From NCBI GenBank assembly GCA_963716255.1, contig OY970303.1:4512001-4576000 (forward strand): a DNA stretch of 64,000 nt. The letters run 5' to 3'. The position numbers and the translations under genes were made by a program. Shown here in pieces: positions 47,940 to 58,452 of the stretch (the first letter of the stretch is position 1; each line of letters begins with the position of its first letter). This stretch comes from an uncultured Gemmatimonadales bacterium. GTDB taxonomy: Bacteria; Gemmatimonadota; Gemmatimonadetes; Longimicrobiales; Longimicrobiaceae. The notes under the pieces are model-generated. The model had not been told where the DNA came from and did not search any database. It saw only the letters and a program-made list of their open reading frames with translations.

Positions 47940-48749
47940 ATGGCCGAGTTGCACCCCGCCACCCTGGAGGGCTGGTACGCCCTCCACCAGGCATGGACCC
48001 TCGACTGGGCGGCGCTGCGCGCCCTGGACCCCGCGGCGCGCGCGGAGCTCGCCGCCGGGGCGGAAGCGCTGTGGGACGAACTGGCCGCGCCACAGACCGG
48101 CTGGAGCGCCTCCTTCCGCCTGGTGGGCGGGGGCGCCGACGTGCTGTTCGCGCACTTCCGCCCCACGCTGGAGGAACTGGCCGAGGTGGAGCTGCGCATC
48201 CGCCGCTCGGCGCTGGGCGGGGTGCTGCGCGCGGAGTGGGACTACCTGTCCGTCACGGAGGCGGGGCTGTACCACGCCACCGCCGAGGCCGCGCGCGAGC
48301 ACGGCGGCGGCACCGACGCCTTCCGCCAGGCGCTGGACGAGGCGGCGGCCGCGGAGCTGGCGAGTCCGCACGTGCGCACCCGCCTGTTCCCGCAGGTGCC
48401 GGACGGGATGAAATACGTGTCCTTCTACCCCATGAGCAAGCGGCGCGTGCCGGACGCCAACTGGTACACCCTGCCGGTGGAGGAGCGCAGCCGGCTGATG
48501 CGCGAGCACGGCATGACCGGGCGCCGCTTCGCCGGGCGCATCTTCCAGGTGATCACCGGCTCGGTGGGGCTGGACGACTGGGAGTGGGGGGTGACGCTCT
48601 TCGCGCGCGAACCGCTGGACTTCAAGCGCATCGTCACGGAGATGCGCTACGACGACGCCAGCGCGCTGTACGGCGAGTTCGGCGAGTTCGTCACCGGCAT
48701 CCGTTTTGCCCCCGGCGGGTGGCGGGAGCTCCTGGGAGCCCCGGAATGA
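47940..48749 (+). CDS. hemQ: Coproheme decarboxylase / chlorite dismutase family
   Basis: TLEGWYALH, YLSVTE..LY, FYPMSKRR...NWYTL, M.EHG..GR, TGSVGLDDWEWGVTLF, EMRYD..SA.YGEFG. Confidence 0.85.
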   Translation: MAELHPATLEGWYALHQAWTLDWAALRALDPAARAELAAGAEALWDELAAPQTGWSASFRLVGGGADVLFAHFRPTLEELAEVELRIRRSALGGVLRAEWDYLSVTEAGLYHATAEAAREHGGGTDAFRQALDEAAAAELASPHVRTRLFPQVPDGMKYVSFYPMSKRRVPDANWYTLPVEERSRLMREHGMTGRRFAGRIFQVITGSVGLDDWEWGVTLFAREPLDFKRIVTEMRYDDASALYGEFGEFVTGIRFAPGGWRELLGAPE

Positions 48750-48807
48750 GCGCGCGCCGCGCGCTTTCCTGCTGGCCCGTGCCCCACCGGCGCGGTATCT
48801 TCCCCGG

Positions 48808-49587
48808 ATGAACTGGCAACGACCCTTCGCCGTCGTCGGCGGCTCGACGCTGCGCGTCCTCGGGGGGCTGGGCGGCTTCGGCCGCTTCGCCCTGGAATCG
48901 GCGCGCGCGCTCACCATCCTGACCACCTGGGGCCCGCTCCTGGTGAACCAGATGCGGCGCCTGGGGGTCGACTCGCTCCCTATCTCGCTGTTCATCGCCA
49001 CCTTCACCGGGGTCGTGCTGTCGCTGCAGGCCTCGTACACGCTCACCGGCGCGGTCCCGCTGTACTTCGTGGGGACGCTGGTGGGGAAGACGGTGATGCT
49101 GGAGCTGGGGCCCGTGCTCACGGGGCTGGCGCTGTCGGGGCGGGTGGGGGCGAACATCGCGGCGGAGCTGGGGACCATGCGCGTGTCGGAGCAGATCGAC
49201 GCGCTGGAGACCATGGCGTACGACCCGCTGGCCTACCTGGTGGTGCCGCGGATCATCGCCGGGATCCTGATGTTCCCCATCGTGGTGATCTTCGCCAACA
49301 TCGTGGGGATCACCGCGGGGTGGATCACGGCGATCAACCTGCTGGAGATGTCCACGGAGGAGTTCATCAAGGGGCTGCGCCTGTTCTACGTGCCCTTCGA
49401 CGTCACCTACTTCCTGATCAAGTCCGCCTCCTTCGGGCTGGTGGTGACGCTGATCGGGTGCTTCCAGGGGTTCACCACCAGCGGCGGCGCCGAGGGCGTG
49501 GGGATCTCCACCACGCGGGCGGTGGTGATCGGGAGCATGCTGATCCTGGTGCTGGACGCCTTCTGGGCGGCGGTGCTGCTGCGATGA
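48808..49587 (+). CDS. mlaE: MlaE-family ABC permease
   Basis: ELGPVLTGL..SGRVGANIAAELGTMRVSEQIDALE, GGAEGVG.STTRAVV. Confidence 0.93.
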   Translation: MNWQRPFAVVGGSTLRVLGGLGGFGRFALESARALTILTTWGPLLVNQMRRLGVDSLPISLFIATFTGVVLSLQASYTLTGAVPLYFVGTLVGKTVMLELGPVLTGLALSGRVGANIAAELGTMRVSEQIDALETMAYDPLAYLVVPRIIAGILMFPIVVIFANIVGITAGWITAINLLEMSTEEFIKGLRLFYVPFDVTYFLIKSASFGLVVTLIGCFQGFTTSGGAEGVGISTTRAVVIGSMLILVLDAFWAAVLLR

Positions 49588-50390
49588 GCATCGAGCTGGT
49601 GGACGTCCACAAGGCCTTCGGGCAGAAGCACGTGCTCCGCGGCATCTCGTTCGAGGTGGGCCGCGGGGAGACGCTGTCGCTCATCGGCTTCTCGGGCGCG
49701 GGAAAGAGCACCATCCTCAAGCACGTGGTGGGGCTCATCCGCCCGGACCGGGGAAGCGTGAAGGTGGATGACATGGAGGTGCCCAGGCTGGCCCGCACGG
49801 AGCTGTACGAGCTGCGGCGCAGCATCGGCTACGTGTTCCAGTTCGCGGCGCTCTTCGACTCCATGACCATCGCCGACAACATCGCGATGGGGCTGCGCAA
49901 GCAGGGAAAGCTCACCGAGGCGCAGATCCGCGAGCGGGTGGCGGACTCGCTGGAGCGCGTGGACCTGGCGGGGTACGAGGCGCGCTACCCGGCGGAGCTT
50001 TCCGGCGGCCAGAAGAAGCGCGCCGGCCTGGCGCGCGCGGTGGCCTTCCGCCCGCGCTACCTGCTGTACGACGAGCCCACCAGCGGGCTGGACCCGGTGA
50101 CCACCACCACCATCGACGTGCTCATCCGCAAGATGCAGTCGGACCTGGGCACCACCTCGCTGGTGATCACGCACGACATGGAGAGCGCGTTCCGCATCAG
50201 CGACCGCATCGCCATGCTGTACGAGGGGCGGGTGGTGGAGGAGGGGACGCCGGACCAGATCCGGAGCTCGCAGAACCCCATCGTGCGCGGCTTCGTGGAA
50301 GGCAGGCCCGACCTGGTGGAGCAGACGCAAACCGGCAACGCAGCGGCGCACGCGCGTCCCGCGGCCCCTCGCACCGGAGGACGTGAATGA
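49584..50390 (+). CDS. mlaF: MlaF-family ABC ATPase
   Basis: GFSGAGKS, FQFAALFDSMT, PAELSGGQKKR, YDEPTSGLDP. Confidence 0.93.
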   Translation: MSIELVDVHKAFGQKHVLRGISFEVGRGETLSLIGFSGAGKSTILKHVVGLIRPDRGSVKVDDMEVPRLARTELYELRRSIGYVFQFAALFDSMTIADNIAMGLRKQGKLTEAQIRERVADSLERVDLAGYEARYPAELSGGQKKRAGLARAVAFRPRYLLYDEPTSGLDPVTTTTIDVLIRKMQSDLGTTSLVITHDMESAFRISDRIAMLYEGRVVEEGTPDQIRSSQNPIVRGFVEGRPDLVEQTQTGNAAAHARPAAPRTGGRE

Positions 50391-51463
50391 GGCTGAAGAA
50401 CGAGGTCATCGTGGGCCTGGTGGTGGTCCTTGGGCTGCTGGTGCTGGCCGTGGGCGGCTACTGGATGACGGGACGGGCGTGGGGCGCGGAACCGCGCACG
50501 ATCATCGCCACCTTCCAGCGCGTGGGTCTGCTGGGGGAGGGGAGCCAGGTCAAGTACCGCGGGGTGGAGATCGGGCGGGTGGAGAAGATCCAGCTCTCGG
50601 AGCGGGGCGACGGCGTGTTCGTCACCATGAGCGTGGACCCGAACGTCACCTTTCCGCGGGACGCGGGGGTGCTGATCTCGGCGGAGTCGTTCTTCGGCGA
50701 CTGGCAGGCGGAGGTGGTGGGGCAGAACGGCTTCCCCGAGCTGCAGTGGGCCACCTCCACGCGCCCGGGGGTGCTGCCGGGCGCCGCACTCCCGGACATC
50801 ACGGAGCTGACCGCGGTGGCCGCGCGCATCGCCACGGACATCGAGACGCTGTCGGAGCGGGTGGAGCTGGCCTTCACCGAGGAGACGGCGATCGAGATCC
50901 GCGAGACCATCGAGAACGTGGCCGAGGTCTCGGAGCAGCTGGGCGGCTTCATCGCGCAGCAGACGGGCACCTACCGTGACGTGTCGCAGAACGTGCTGCA
51001 GGCCACCGCCAACGTGCGCGACGTCACGGCGACCGCGGAGCGGGTGGCCAACGAGTTCGGCGCGGCGGTCAACGCGGGCGACATCCAGGCGGTGACGACC
51101 AACGCCCGCATCGCCAGCGAGAACCTGCGCGACTTCAGCGCGCAGCTGGAGACCGCCGGCCAGGGCGTGCCCGGCCTCATGGCCCGCGCCGACAGCACCA
51201 TGGGCACGCTGAACCAGACGGTCGCCGGCATCCAGCCGCAGATCGCGCAGATCGGCCCGACCATCGTGGAGGCCCGAGCCGCAATCGGCACGCTGCAGCG
51301 CGCCATGGCCAAGATCGAGCAGGGCCAGGGCACCCTCGGCCGCCTGCTGGAGGATCCGGCCCTCTACGAGGAGACGCAGCGCGCCGTGTCCACGCTGCAG
51401 CGCCTGCTCGCGGACATCCAGCAGAACCCGGGCAAGTACATCGGGGCGCTGCAGGTCTTTTAG
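50387..51463 (+). CDS. mlaD: MlaD/MCE-family protein
   Basis: N-terminal TM, GSQVKYRGVEIGRV, helical region, GQGTLGRLL.D..LY, DIQQNPGKY. Confidence 0.9.
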   Translation: MRLKNEVIVGLVVVLGLLVLAVGGYWMTGRAWGAEPRTIIATFQRVGLLGEGSQVKYRGVEIGRVEKIQLSERGDGVFVTMSVDPNVTFPRDAGVLISAESFFGDWQAEVVGQNGFPELQWATSTRPGVLPGAALPDITELTAVAARIATDIETLSERVELAFTEETAIEIRETIENVAEVSEQLGGFIAQQTGTYRDVSQNVLQATANVRDVTATAERVANEFGAAVNAGDIQAVTTNARIASENLRDFSAQLETAGQGVPGLMARADSTMGTLNQTVAGIQPQIAQIGPTIVEARAAIGTLQRAMAKIEQGQGTLGRLLEDPALYEETQRAVSTLQRLLADIQQNPGKYIGALQVF

Positions 51464-51473
51464 GGAACGGCGG

Positions 51474-51562
51474 TCCTCACCCGGCTCGCTTGAGGCTCGC
51501 CACCCTCTCCCTTCATCCGGTTCACGCGAAGCGTGAAGCGCCATTCTGGGAGAGGGGGCAAC
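51474..51562 (+). repeat. Companion element (type A, long form)
   Basis: Near-identical to 45810-45899. Confidence 0.85.
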
Positions 51563-51658
51563 TGCTCGATTCTGTGCAGTCGTCCCCTCCCTCGCTTGCG
51601 GGGGAGGGGTGGCGCGCAGCGCCGGGGTGGGGGCGCCAGCGGACGCCAGCGCGAAACC

Positions 51659-51789
51659 CGCGTGAGGGATTTCGGCCCGAAGGGGCGAGACCCGACAGCA
51701 GTATCGTCGGGGCTCGACTCCGTTGCAGACGGTAGTTTTGTCTGCTACGGAGCCGAAGCCCGACCCCGGCGCCAGCCGGGGACACGCCC
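51659..51789 (+). repeat. R1 structured repeat, copy 8
   Basis: R1 core with divergent but paired stems CCCGAC/GTCGGG and GCAGAC/GTCTGC. Confidence 0.95.
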
Positions 51790-51824
51790 AAACCAGCAGT
51801 TCGTCTCTTGGATTGTAGAAACCG

Positions 51825-53105
51825 ATGCTGATCGTCCAGAAGTACGGGGGAACGTCGGTGGGAACGCCGGAGCGCATCCGGGCGGTCGCGAAGCGCGTGG
51901 CGGCGGTGCGGGCGCGCGGCGACGACGTCGTGGCCGTGGTCTCGGCGATGGGGGACAGCACGGACGACCTGCTGGAGCTCGCGGAGCAGGTGACCGGGAC
52001 CGACACGCCGGGCAGGGCCCACCCGCGCGAGGTGGACATGCTGCTCACCGCGGGGGAGCGCATCTCCATGGCGCTGCTGGCCATGGCCATCCGCGAGGAG
52101 GGGGCGGAGGCCATCTCGCTCACCGGGAGCCAGGCGGCCATCATCACCGACGGCACGCACACCGCCGCGCGGATCCGCGAGGTGCGCGCGGGGCGCGTGC
52201 GCGAGGCGCTGGCGGAGGGGTGCGTGGTCATCGTGGCGGGGTTCCAGGGCGTCAGCGCGGAGCGGGAGATCACCACGCTGGGGCGCGGCGGCTCGGACAC
52301 CTCGGCGGTGGCGCTGGCGGCGGCGCTTCAGGCGGACCGCTGCGAGATCTTTACCGACGTGGACGGCGTCTTCACCGCGGACCCGCGGCGCGTCCCGGAG
52401 GCGCGCGTGGTGCCGCAGGTGTCGCACGCGGAGATGATCGAGCTGGCCGCGGCCGGGGCGCAGGTCATGCATGCTCGCGCGGTCGACATCGGCGCCCGCT
52501 ACGGCGTGGACATCCGCGTGCTCTCGTCGTTCGTGGACGACGGCGCGGACACGGAGGGGCGCGGCACACTCATCACCCGGGAACCGGTCCGCATGGAAGA
52601 GCTGGCGCTTACGGGGATCACCACCCAGAAGGGGCACGCGAAGATCGCGATGCGCGGCCTCCCCGCGGGGATGGCCACCTCCACCGAGCTGCTGGCGCGC
52701 CTGGCCGAGGCGGGCGTGGCCGTCGACATGATCTCGGAGCACCAGGAGCCTTCCGGGCGGGTTTCGCTGCAGGTCACCGTCTGGCAGGACGCGCTGGACC
52801 GCGCGCGCGTCGTGGTGGAGGAGCTGCGCGCCCGGCTGGGGGGCGGGGAGTGGAGCGTGCTGGAGAACCTGTCGCGCGTGGCGCTGGTGGGGAGCGGGAT
52901 GACGGGGCGCCCGGGGGTGTACGCCCGCGCCTTCCGCGCCCTGCTGGACGCGGGGGTGGAGGTGCAGGCCGTTTCCACCTCGGCCATCTCCATCACCCTC
53001 CTGGTGGCGGCGGATCGGGAGGACGACGCGCTGCGGGCGCTGCACCGCGCCTTCGAGCTGGAGCGCGCCGCGGACGAGGCCCGCGTCGCCCCGGCCGGCC
53101 GGTAG
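51825..53105 (+). CDS. lysC: Aspartate kinase (monofunctional)
   Basis: [46 protein letters not shown] domains. Confidence 0.95.
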   Translation: MLIVQKYGGTSVGTPERIRAVAKRVAAVRARGDDVVAVVSAMGDSTDDLLELAEQVTGTDTPGRAHPREVDMLLTAGERISMALLAMAIREEGAEAISLTGSQAAIITDGTHTAARIREVRAGRVREALAEGCVVIVAGFQGVSAEREITTLGRGGSDTSAVALAAALQADRCEIFTDVDGVFTADPRRVPEARVVPQVSHAEMIELAAAGAQVMHARAVDIGARYGVDIRVLSSFVDDGADTEGRGTLITREPVRMEELALTGITTQKGHAKIAMRGLPAGMATSTELLARLAEAGVAVDMISEHQEPSGRVSLQVTVWQDALDRARVVVEELRARLGGGEWSVLENLSRVALVGSGMTGRPGVYARAFRALLDAGVEVQAVSTSAISITLLVAADREDDALRALHRAFELERAADEARVAPAGR

Positions 53106-53111
53106 CCGCGC

Positions 53112-54119
53112 ATGCACGTCGCGATCCTGGGCGCCACGGGCGCCGTCGGCCGGACCATGCTCCGGGTGCTGGAGGAGCGCCGCCTGCCGGTGGAGCGGCT
53201 GACGCTGCTGGCGTCGGAGCGCTCGGCGGGGACCGTGGTGCAGTGGGGCGGGCGCGAGCACGTGGTCGCCGCGCCGGCGCCGGGCGCCTTCCGCGGGGTG
53301 GACTACGCGCTCTTCTCGGCGGGCGCGGACCGCTCCCGCACCTGGGCGCCGGTGGCGGCGGACGAGGGCGCGGTGGTGGTGGACAATTCCTCGGCGTGGC
53401 GCATGGACCCGCGGGTGCCGCTGGTGGTGCCGGAGGTCAACCTGGCCGCGGCGCGCGAGCGGCCCCGGGGGATCGTCGCAAACCCCAACTGCTCCACCAT
53501 CCAGATGGTGGTGGCGCTGCAGGCCATCCGCAGGGCGGCGGGGCTCACGCGCGTGATCGCGACCACCTTCCAGTCGGCGAGCGGGGCGGGGGAGACGGGG
53601 CGCGAGGCGCTGCGGCGGGAGCTGGGGGGCGAGGGGCTGAAGCTGCCGCGCCTGGCGCAGCCGGTGGAGGGCTCGCCCTTCGCGCGGCGCATCGCGGAGA
53701 ACGTGATCCCGCAGATCGGCGACTTCGACGACGAGGGGTGGTCGGGGGAGGAGCGCAAGATGATCGCGGAGACGCGCAAGATCCTGGACCTGCCGGAGCT
53801 CCCCGTGGCGGCCACCTGCGTGCGCGTTCCCGTGGACGTGGGCCACGCGGTGCAGGTGACGGTGGAGACGGAGCGCGACCTTTCCGCCGACGGGGCGCGG
53901 CGCGCGCTCGCGCTCTTCCCGGGGATCCTGCTGCAGGCGGGGCACGAGGCGTATCCCACGCCGCTGGAGGTGGAGGACCGCGACCAGGTGTTCGTGGGGC
54001 GCATCCGCCAGGACCCGTACCTGCCGCGGACGCTTCACTTCTGGGTGGTGGCGGACAACCTGCGCAAGGGCGCGGCCACCAACGCGGTGCAGATCGTGGA
54101 GGGGCTCGCGGGTGGGTAG
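53112..54119 (+). CDS. asd: Aspartate-semialdehyde dehydrogenase
   Basis: GATGAVG, DNSSAWRM, ANPNCSTIQ, ATCVRVPV, DNLRKGAATNAVQI. Confidence 0.97.
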   Translation: MHVAILGATGAVGRTMLRVLEERRLPVERLTLLASERSAGTVVQWGGREHVVAAPAPGAFRGVDYALFSAGADRSRTWAPVAADEGAVVVDNSSAWRMDPRVPLVVPEVNLAAARERPRGIVANPNCSTIQMVVALQAIRRAAGLTRVIATTFQSASGAGETGREALRRELGGEGLKLPRLAQPVEGSPFARRIAENVIPQIGDFDDEGWSGEERKMIAETRKILDLPELPVAATCVRVPVDVGHAVQVTVETERDLSADGARRALALFPGILLQAGHEAYPTPLEVEDRDQVFVGRIRQDPYLPRTLHFWVVADNLRKGAATNAVQIVEGLAGG

Positions 54120-54621
54120 GAGGCGGCGCGGCGGGACCCAGCGCGGCGGGCGGGCGCGCATCGAGACCAGCGCGGGCGGGGTGATCTTCCGCTGGCACGG
54201 CGAGGCGGCGCACGTGCTGCTGATCCGCGACCGCTACCAGCACTGGGGGTTTCCCAAGGGGCACCTGGAGGGCGAGGAGACGCCGGCGGACGCGGCTTTA
54301 CGGGAGGTGCGGGAGGAGACGGGGCTGGGCGACCTGGTGCTGGGGCCGCGGCTGCAGACCATCGACTGGTTCTTCCGGTTCCGGGGGCGGCTGATCCACA
54401 AGTACTGCCACTTCTACCTGATCGAGGCGCCCACCGGGGACACGTGCCCGCAGGAGGAGGAGGGGATCACGGAGTGCCTGTGGCTGCCGCTCCAGGAGGC
54501 GATCGACTCCATCTCGTACGACAACGCGCGGGAAGTGCTCCGGCTGGCGGCGGAGCAACTGATGGGGGAGCTGGCGCGGCACGGGGTTACGGAGATGGGA
54601 GGGAGCCGGGAGGGGGGCTGA
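54112..54621 (+). CDS. NUDIX hydrolase (Ap4A hydrolase-like)
   Basis: SAGGVIFR, WGFPKGHLEGEET..AALREVREETG Nudix box. Confidence 0.9.
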   Translation: MGRRRRGGTQRGGRARIETSAGGVIFRWHGEAAHVLLIRDRYQHWGFPKGHLEGEETPADAALREVREETGLGDLVLGPRLQTIDWFFRFRGRLIHKYCHFYLIEAPTGDTCPQEEEGITECLWLPLQEAIDSISYDNAREVLRLAAEQLMGELARHGVTEMGGSREGG

Positions 54622-54653
54622 TACGGTTGTGACGGGGTGAAAGATCGGGGTTC

Positions 54654-54783
54654 GGGCGTGCCCCCGGCTGGCGCCGGGGTCGGGCTTCGGCTCCGTAAGC
54701 CCGCAAACAACGCGGGCTAACGGAGTCGAGCCCCGGCAAACAGCCGCCGGGTCTCGCCCCTTCGGGCCGAAATCCCTCACGCG
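54654..54783 (-). repeat. R1 structured repeat, copy 9
   Basis: R1 core, reverse; linker and type B hairpin extend to about 54860. Confidence 0.95.
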
Positions 54784-55018
54784 GGCGTCGCGCTGGCGTC
54801 CGCGAGGGTGGGCCCCCTCACCCCCCGGCCCCCTCTCCCCCGCAAGCGGGGGAAAGGGGGGTGAACGGCACGGCATCGCCTCCTTCGGCGCCTTGCAGGT
54901 GCCCGGGGGGTCCGGAAGGGTGGGTCGGAGATCGCGCGTACAGGCCGCCGCGGACGAGCTTCCGGGCGGCTTCGTCGTTCAGGGAACGGTGGGAACGACC
55001 CGGGGAAAGGAGGAGGCC

Positions 55019-55336
55019 GTGGAGTGGCTGGCGCCTTGGTATTCGATCGCCGACAACGCCGGCCAGGTGAGCGGCATGGAAGCGGAGCTGCGCCGCGAGC
55101 TGGGGCGGGGCCACCCGCTGTTCGGGGTGCCGGTGCGGGCCGTCGCGCGCCGCGAGGACCGCGACGACGTGCTCTTCACCCTGGAAGACGGGACCGGGAG
55201 GGTCGCGGTGGTGCACCTGACCTGGACGTACAGCCCGCCGGAGCGGCCGCCCTGGCCGGACACGGTGGTGTACCCGAGCTGGGACGACTGGGTCGACGAA
55301 GGGATGCGGGCCGACCACCGCGATCCCCGGGCGTAG
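55019..55336 (+). CDS. Hypothetical protein
   Basis: GTG after AGGAGG; ELRREL..GHPLFG, ARREDRDDVLF, VAVVHLTW. Confidence 0.7.
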   Translation: MEWLAPWYSIADNAGQVSGMEAELRRELGRGHPLFGVPVRAVARREDRDDVLFTLEDGTGRVAVVHLTWTYSPPERPPWPDTVVYPSWDDWVDEGMRADHRDPRA

Positions 55337-55440
55337 GTCGCGCCGCACGGGGTGGGATTGGCGGTAGAGCCGCTGATGTCGGGTGTGTGGAGGTCGCTTC
55401 GGGCGGGGTCCGGGGCGGCCTTCGTGTTTCTTGCGCCGGG

Positions 55441-55486
55441 GCCGCTCCGGAGCCGGACGATACTGCCGTCCGTCTCCTGCGCGGGC
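55441..55486 (+). repeat. R2 partial copy E (first module only)
   Basis: GCCGCTCCGGAGCCGGACGATACTGCCGTCCGTCTCCTGCGCGGGC. Confidence 0.85.
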
Positions 55487-55510
55487 TTGCCGCCGCAGAC
55501 GCATGGTCTG

Positions 55511-55550
55511 AAAAAGCGGCGCGGCGTGGGAAGCTCCCACGCCGCGCCGC
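55511..55550 (-). terminator. Intrinsic terminator
   Basis: Long GC stem followed by TTTTT on the minus strand, after the 55576 gene. Confidence 0.75.
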
Positions 55551-55575
55551 CTGACTCGGTCCCGCCTTCGGGCGG

Positions 55576-55830
55576 CTACTCGCCGCCCTCGCGCAGCCTG
55601 CGGCCCAGCCACAGGCCCAGCGGCACCGCCACCGCCGCGGCCCCCAGGCCCACGGCGGCGCTGCGTCCGCCGAGCGCGCCCAGGGCGCTGCGCTTGGGCG
55701 CGGGACGGACCCGCTCCACCGCCCACTTCGTCGCCTTCATCAGCGCGGCCTTGCGCGGGTTCTTCGCGGCGAACATCATCTTCGGGGCCGCGGCCCACGC
55801 CGCTGCCTTCACGAGCTGGCTCTTCCTCAT
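55576..55830 (-). CDS. Small basic protein with a C-terminal TM anchor
   Basis: GAGGAG RBS; MRKSQLVKAAAW...GLGAAAVAVPLGLWLGRR. Confidence 0.65.
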   Translation of the reverse strand: MRKSQLVKAAAWAAAPKMMFAAKNPRKAALMKATKWAVERVRPAPKRSALGALGGRSAAVGLGAAAVAVPLGLWLGRRLREGGE

Positions 55831-55968
55831 GGTGCTCCTCCCGTTCGGTTGCGTCCCGCCGATCCGGTTTCCCACCCTTGCAGGAAGCGTGCACGCGGGC
55901 CGGATTCCTGCCTCGCCCCGCGGCCGATCCTGGACGATCCTTCTCCCTCCGCACCCACCACGCAGCCG

Positions 55969-57300
55969 ATGCTCGACATGCAGACCCCGCCGTCCCCGGC
56001 GCAGTCCGACGGCCTCAACTGGCGGACCATCCACGCCGTGGTGGTGGTGATCGTCCTGGCGCTCTTCCTGTACTCGCTGCAGGCGCTCCTCAACCCGTTC
56101 CTGCTGTTCCTGCTCTTTTTGTTCCTGGTCTCGCCCAGCGCCGGGTCGCGGCACCACGTGCTGCTGGTGAGCGCCACCGGCGTGCTGACGCTGATCTGGC
56201 TTCTCCAGACCACCGGGTTCCTGCTCGCGCCCTTCTTCCTGGCGGTGGTGCTCGCGTACATCCAGCACCCGCTGGTGAGCCGGCTGGAGCGGCGGGGGAT
56301 GTCGCGGAACACGGCGGTGCTCGCGCTGGCGATCCCGGGGGTGATCCTGCTGGGGCTGCTCGTCGGCTTCGGGCTGCCGGCGCTGGCGGCCCAGGTGGCC
56401 GGGTTCATCCAGAACGTCCCGGGATACATCCAGGGGTTCACGCAGCGCGTGGAGCAGTGGCAGCTGGTGCTGCAGCGGCGCGACCTGCCGTACGTGGACG
56501 AGGAGGCGCTGATCGCGCGGCTGCGCTCCGTGCGCCCGGAAGCGGTGGCGGCGTACCTCCAGGAGCGGCAGTCGGCGCTGGCGGCGGCGGCGTGGCGGGG
56601 AGTGCTGGGAGTGGGACGGGGGGTCAGCTCGCTGCTGACGCTGCTCAGCTACGTGTTCCTCACCCCCATCCTGGTGTTCTACCTGCTGCGCGACTGGGAC
56701 CGCGTCACCGGCAGCCTGGCCGGGCTGGTGCCGCCGGGGCAGCAGGGGCGCGTGCTGGGCTTCTTCCGCGAGTACGACCGTCTCCTGGCCGGCTACCTGC
56801 GCGGCAACTTCCTGGAGTCGGCCATCGTGGGGGTGCTCACCTGGCTGGGCTACTGGGCGCTGGGCGTCCCCTACGCCCTGCTGCTGGGGGTGATCGCCGG
56901 GGTGTTCAACGTCATCCCCTACATGGGGCTGATCGTGTCCGTGATCCCGGCGATCATCATCGCCCTGTTCACCGCCAACATCCTCCTTTCGCTCGGAAAA
57001 GTTTTCCTGGTCTTCATCGTCGTGCAGCTCCTGGACGGCTCGTACATCGGGCCCAAGATCGTCGGCGAGGCCGTGGGGCTGCATCCCGTCTGGATTATCC
57101 TGGCGCTCTCGATGGCCGGGTACTTCTTCGGGTTCGTGGGTCTGCTCCTTGCCGTTCCCCTGGCCGTCCTCGTGAAACTTCTGCTCGCTTCCGCGCTCAC
57201 CCGGTACCGCGGCTCCGTGCTCTTCCGGGGGGGAGAGGCGAGCATCGCCACGGGCGAGCCGATCGGCGCGGACGCCGGACCGGCTCCCGCGGAAGCGTAG
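55969..57300 (+). CDS. AI-2E family transporter
   Basis: PFFLAVVLAYI..PLV..LE, FYLLRDW, NVIPYMG, PKIVGEAVGLHPVWIILAL, FGFVGLLLAVP. Confidence 0.92.
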   Translation: MLDMQTPPSPAQSDGLNWRTIHAVVVVIVLALFLYSLQALLNPFLLFLLFLFLVSPSAGSRHHVLLVSATGVLTLIWLLQTTGFLLAPFFLAVVLAYIQHPLVSRLERRGMSRNTAVLALAIPGVILLGLLVGFGLPALAAQVAGFIQNVPGYIQGFTQRVEQWQLVLQRRDLPYVDEEALIARLRSVRPEAVAAYLQERQSALAAAAWRGVLGVGRGVSSLLTLLSYVFLTPILVFYLLRDWDRVTGSLAGLVPPGQQGRVLGFFREYDRLLAGYLRGNFLESAIVGVLTWLGYWALGVPYALLLGVIAGVFNVIPYMGLIVSVIPAIIIALFTANILLSLGKVFLVFIVVQLLDGSYIGPKIVGEAVGLHPVWIILALSMAGYFFGFVGLLLAVPLAVLVKLLLASALTRYRGSVLFRGGEASIATGEPIGADAGPAPAEA

Positions 57301-57394
57301 GAGACGGACGGGCAGGGACCCCGGCCGTACGCCGGGCGCAGTCGTCGTGGGGCGGGGCGGCGGGGCGAGCCGGAAACTCTGTCCGGAGGTGACG

Positions 57395-58003
57395 ATGAGC
57401 TACAGGGTCGAACGGGAGAGCCGGGGGCCGCGCCGCGCGCGCGGCCGCCGCGGCTGGATCTCGTCGGGGGTGACGGGCGTGGTGGTGGTGGCGCTGGGGG
57501 TGCTGTGGGCCTGCGTCCCGCGCGGACCGGCGGGGCCCGCCCCGGCGGCGCCCGCCGCGCCGCAGGGGTTCGTGGCGACCGCGGTGGCGCGCCCGTCGCC
57601 GCCGCCCGCCGAGCCGCTGCGGGTGGGGGCGGAGCTGGAGCGCGAGCTCAGGGAGAGCGTGCGCGCTCCCGCGGCCCCGGCTCCCGCCGCGCCGCTCTTC
57701 CGCATCTCGGCGCGGCACGAGATGTCCTCCACCATGTACTGTCTCAAGGGACGCACCCGCACCGGGATCCGCACGCGCGACGGGGTGGCCGCGGCCGACC
57801 CGGAGTTCCTGCCGCTGGGCTCCGTGGTGCGCCTTTCCAGCCGCGACGGCCGCCCGCTGGGGGTGTTCGTGGTGATGGACACCGGCGGGGCGGTGAAGGG
57901 GCGCAAGATCGACATCTACGTGGACGACTGCGACGAGGCCAGGCGCTGGGGGCGCAGGCAGGTGACGGCGGAGGTGCTGGACCTGGGCCGCGACGCCGTG
58001 TGA
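57395..58003 (+). CDS. 3D-domain (peptidoglycan-associated) protein
   Basis: TMYCLKGRTRTG, AADPEFLPLGS, MDTGGAVKGRKIDIY. Confidence 0.88.
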   Translation: MSYRVERESRGPRRARGRRGWISSGVTGVVVVALGVLWACVPRGPAGPAPAAPAAPQGFVATAVARPSPPPAEPLRVGAELERELRESVRAPAAPAPAAPLFRISARHEMSSTMYCLKGRTRTGIRTRDGVAAADPEFLPLGSVVRLSSRDGRPLGVFVVMDTGGAVKGRKIDIYVDDCDEARRWGRRQVTAEVLDLGRDAV

Positions 58004-58041
58004 TAGCGGATTCGGTTTGAACGGCCTGGCACGGCGGGTTT

Positions 58042-58171
58042 GGGCGTGCCCCCGGCTGGCGCCGGGGTCGGGCTTCGGCTCCGTAAGCCCGCAAACAACG
58101 CGGGCTAACGGAGTCGAGCCCCGGCAAACAGCCGCCGGGTCTCGCCCCTTCGGGCCGTAATCCCTCACGCG
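58042..58171 (-). repeat. R1 structured repeat, copy 10
   Basis: Almost identical to copy 9, including the flank to about 58248. Confidence 0.95.
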
Positions 58172-58452
58172 GGCGTCGCGCTGGCGTCCGCGGGGGTGGG
58201 CCCCCTCACCCCCCGGCCCCCTCTCCCCCGCAAGCGGGGGAAAGGGGGAGAACCGCACGGCATCCCTGCCCTCGGTGTCTTTGAGATGCTCCAGGGAACC
58301 TGATCCGCACGGATTCCGCGTGAGGTGAGCCCCTGCCGGACCGTCCGCCCGGCGGGCGGGGTACAAGGCGGCGCGGGACCGGGGATCCGGTCCCGCGCCG
58401 TCGTTTTCCGGGAGCCTTCTCCCGCCTCTTTCACCGGACCCGGGCCGTACGC

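Noticed and set aside
47940..48749. hemQ in a diderm as a novelty
   Set aside because: Members of this family are known outside monoderms; nothing unusual in the sequence itself.
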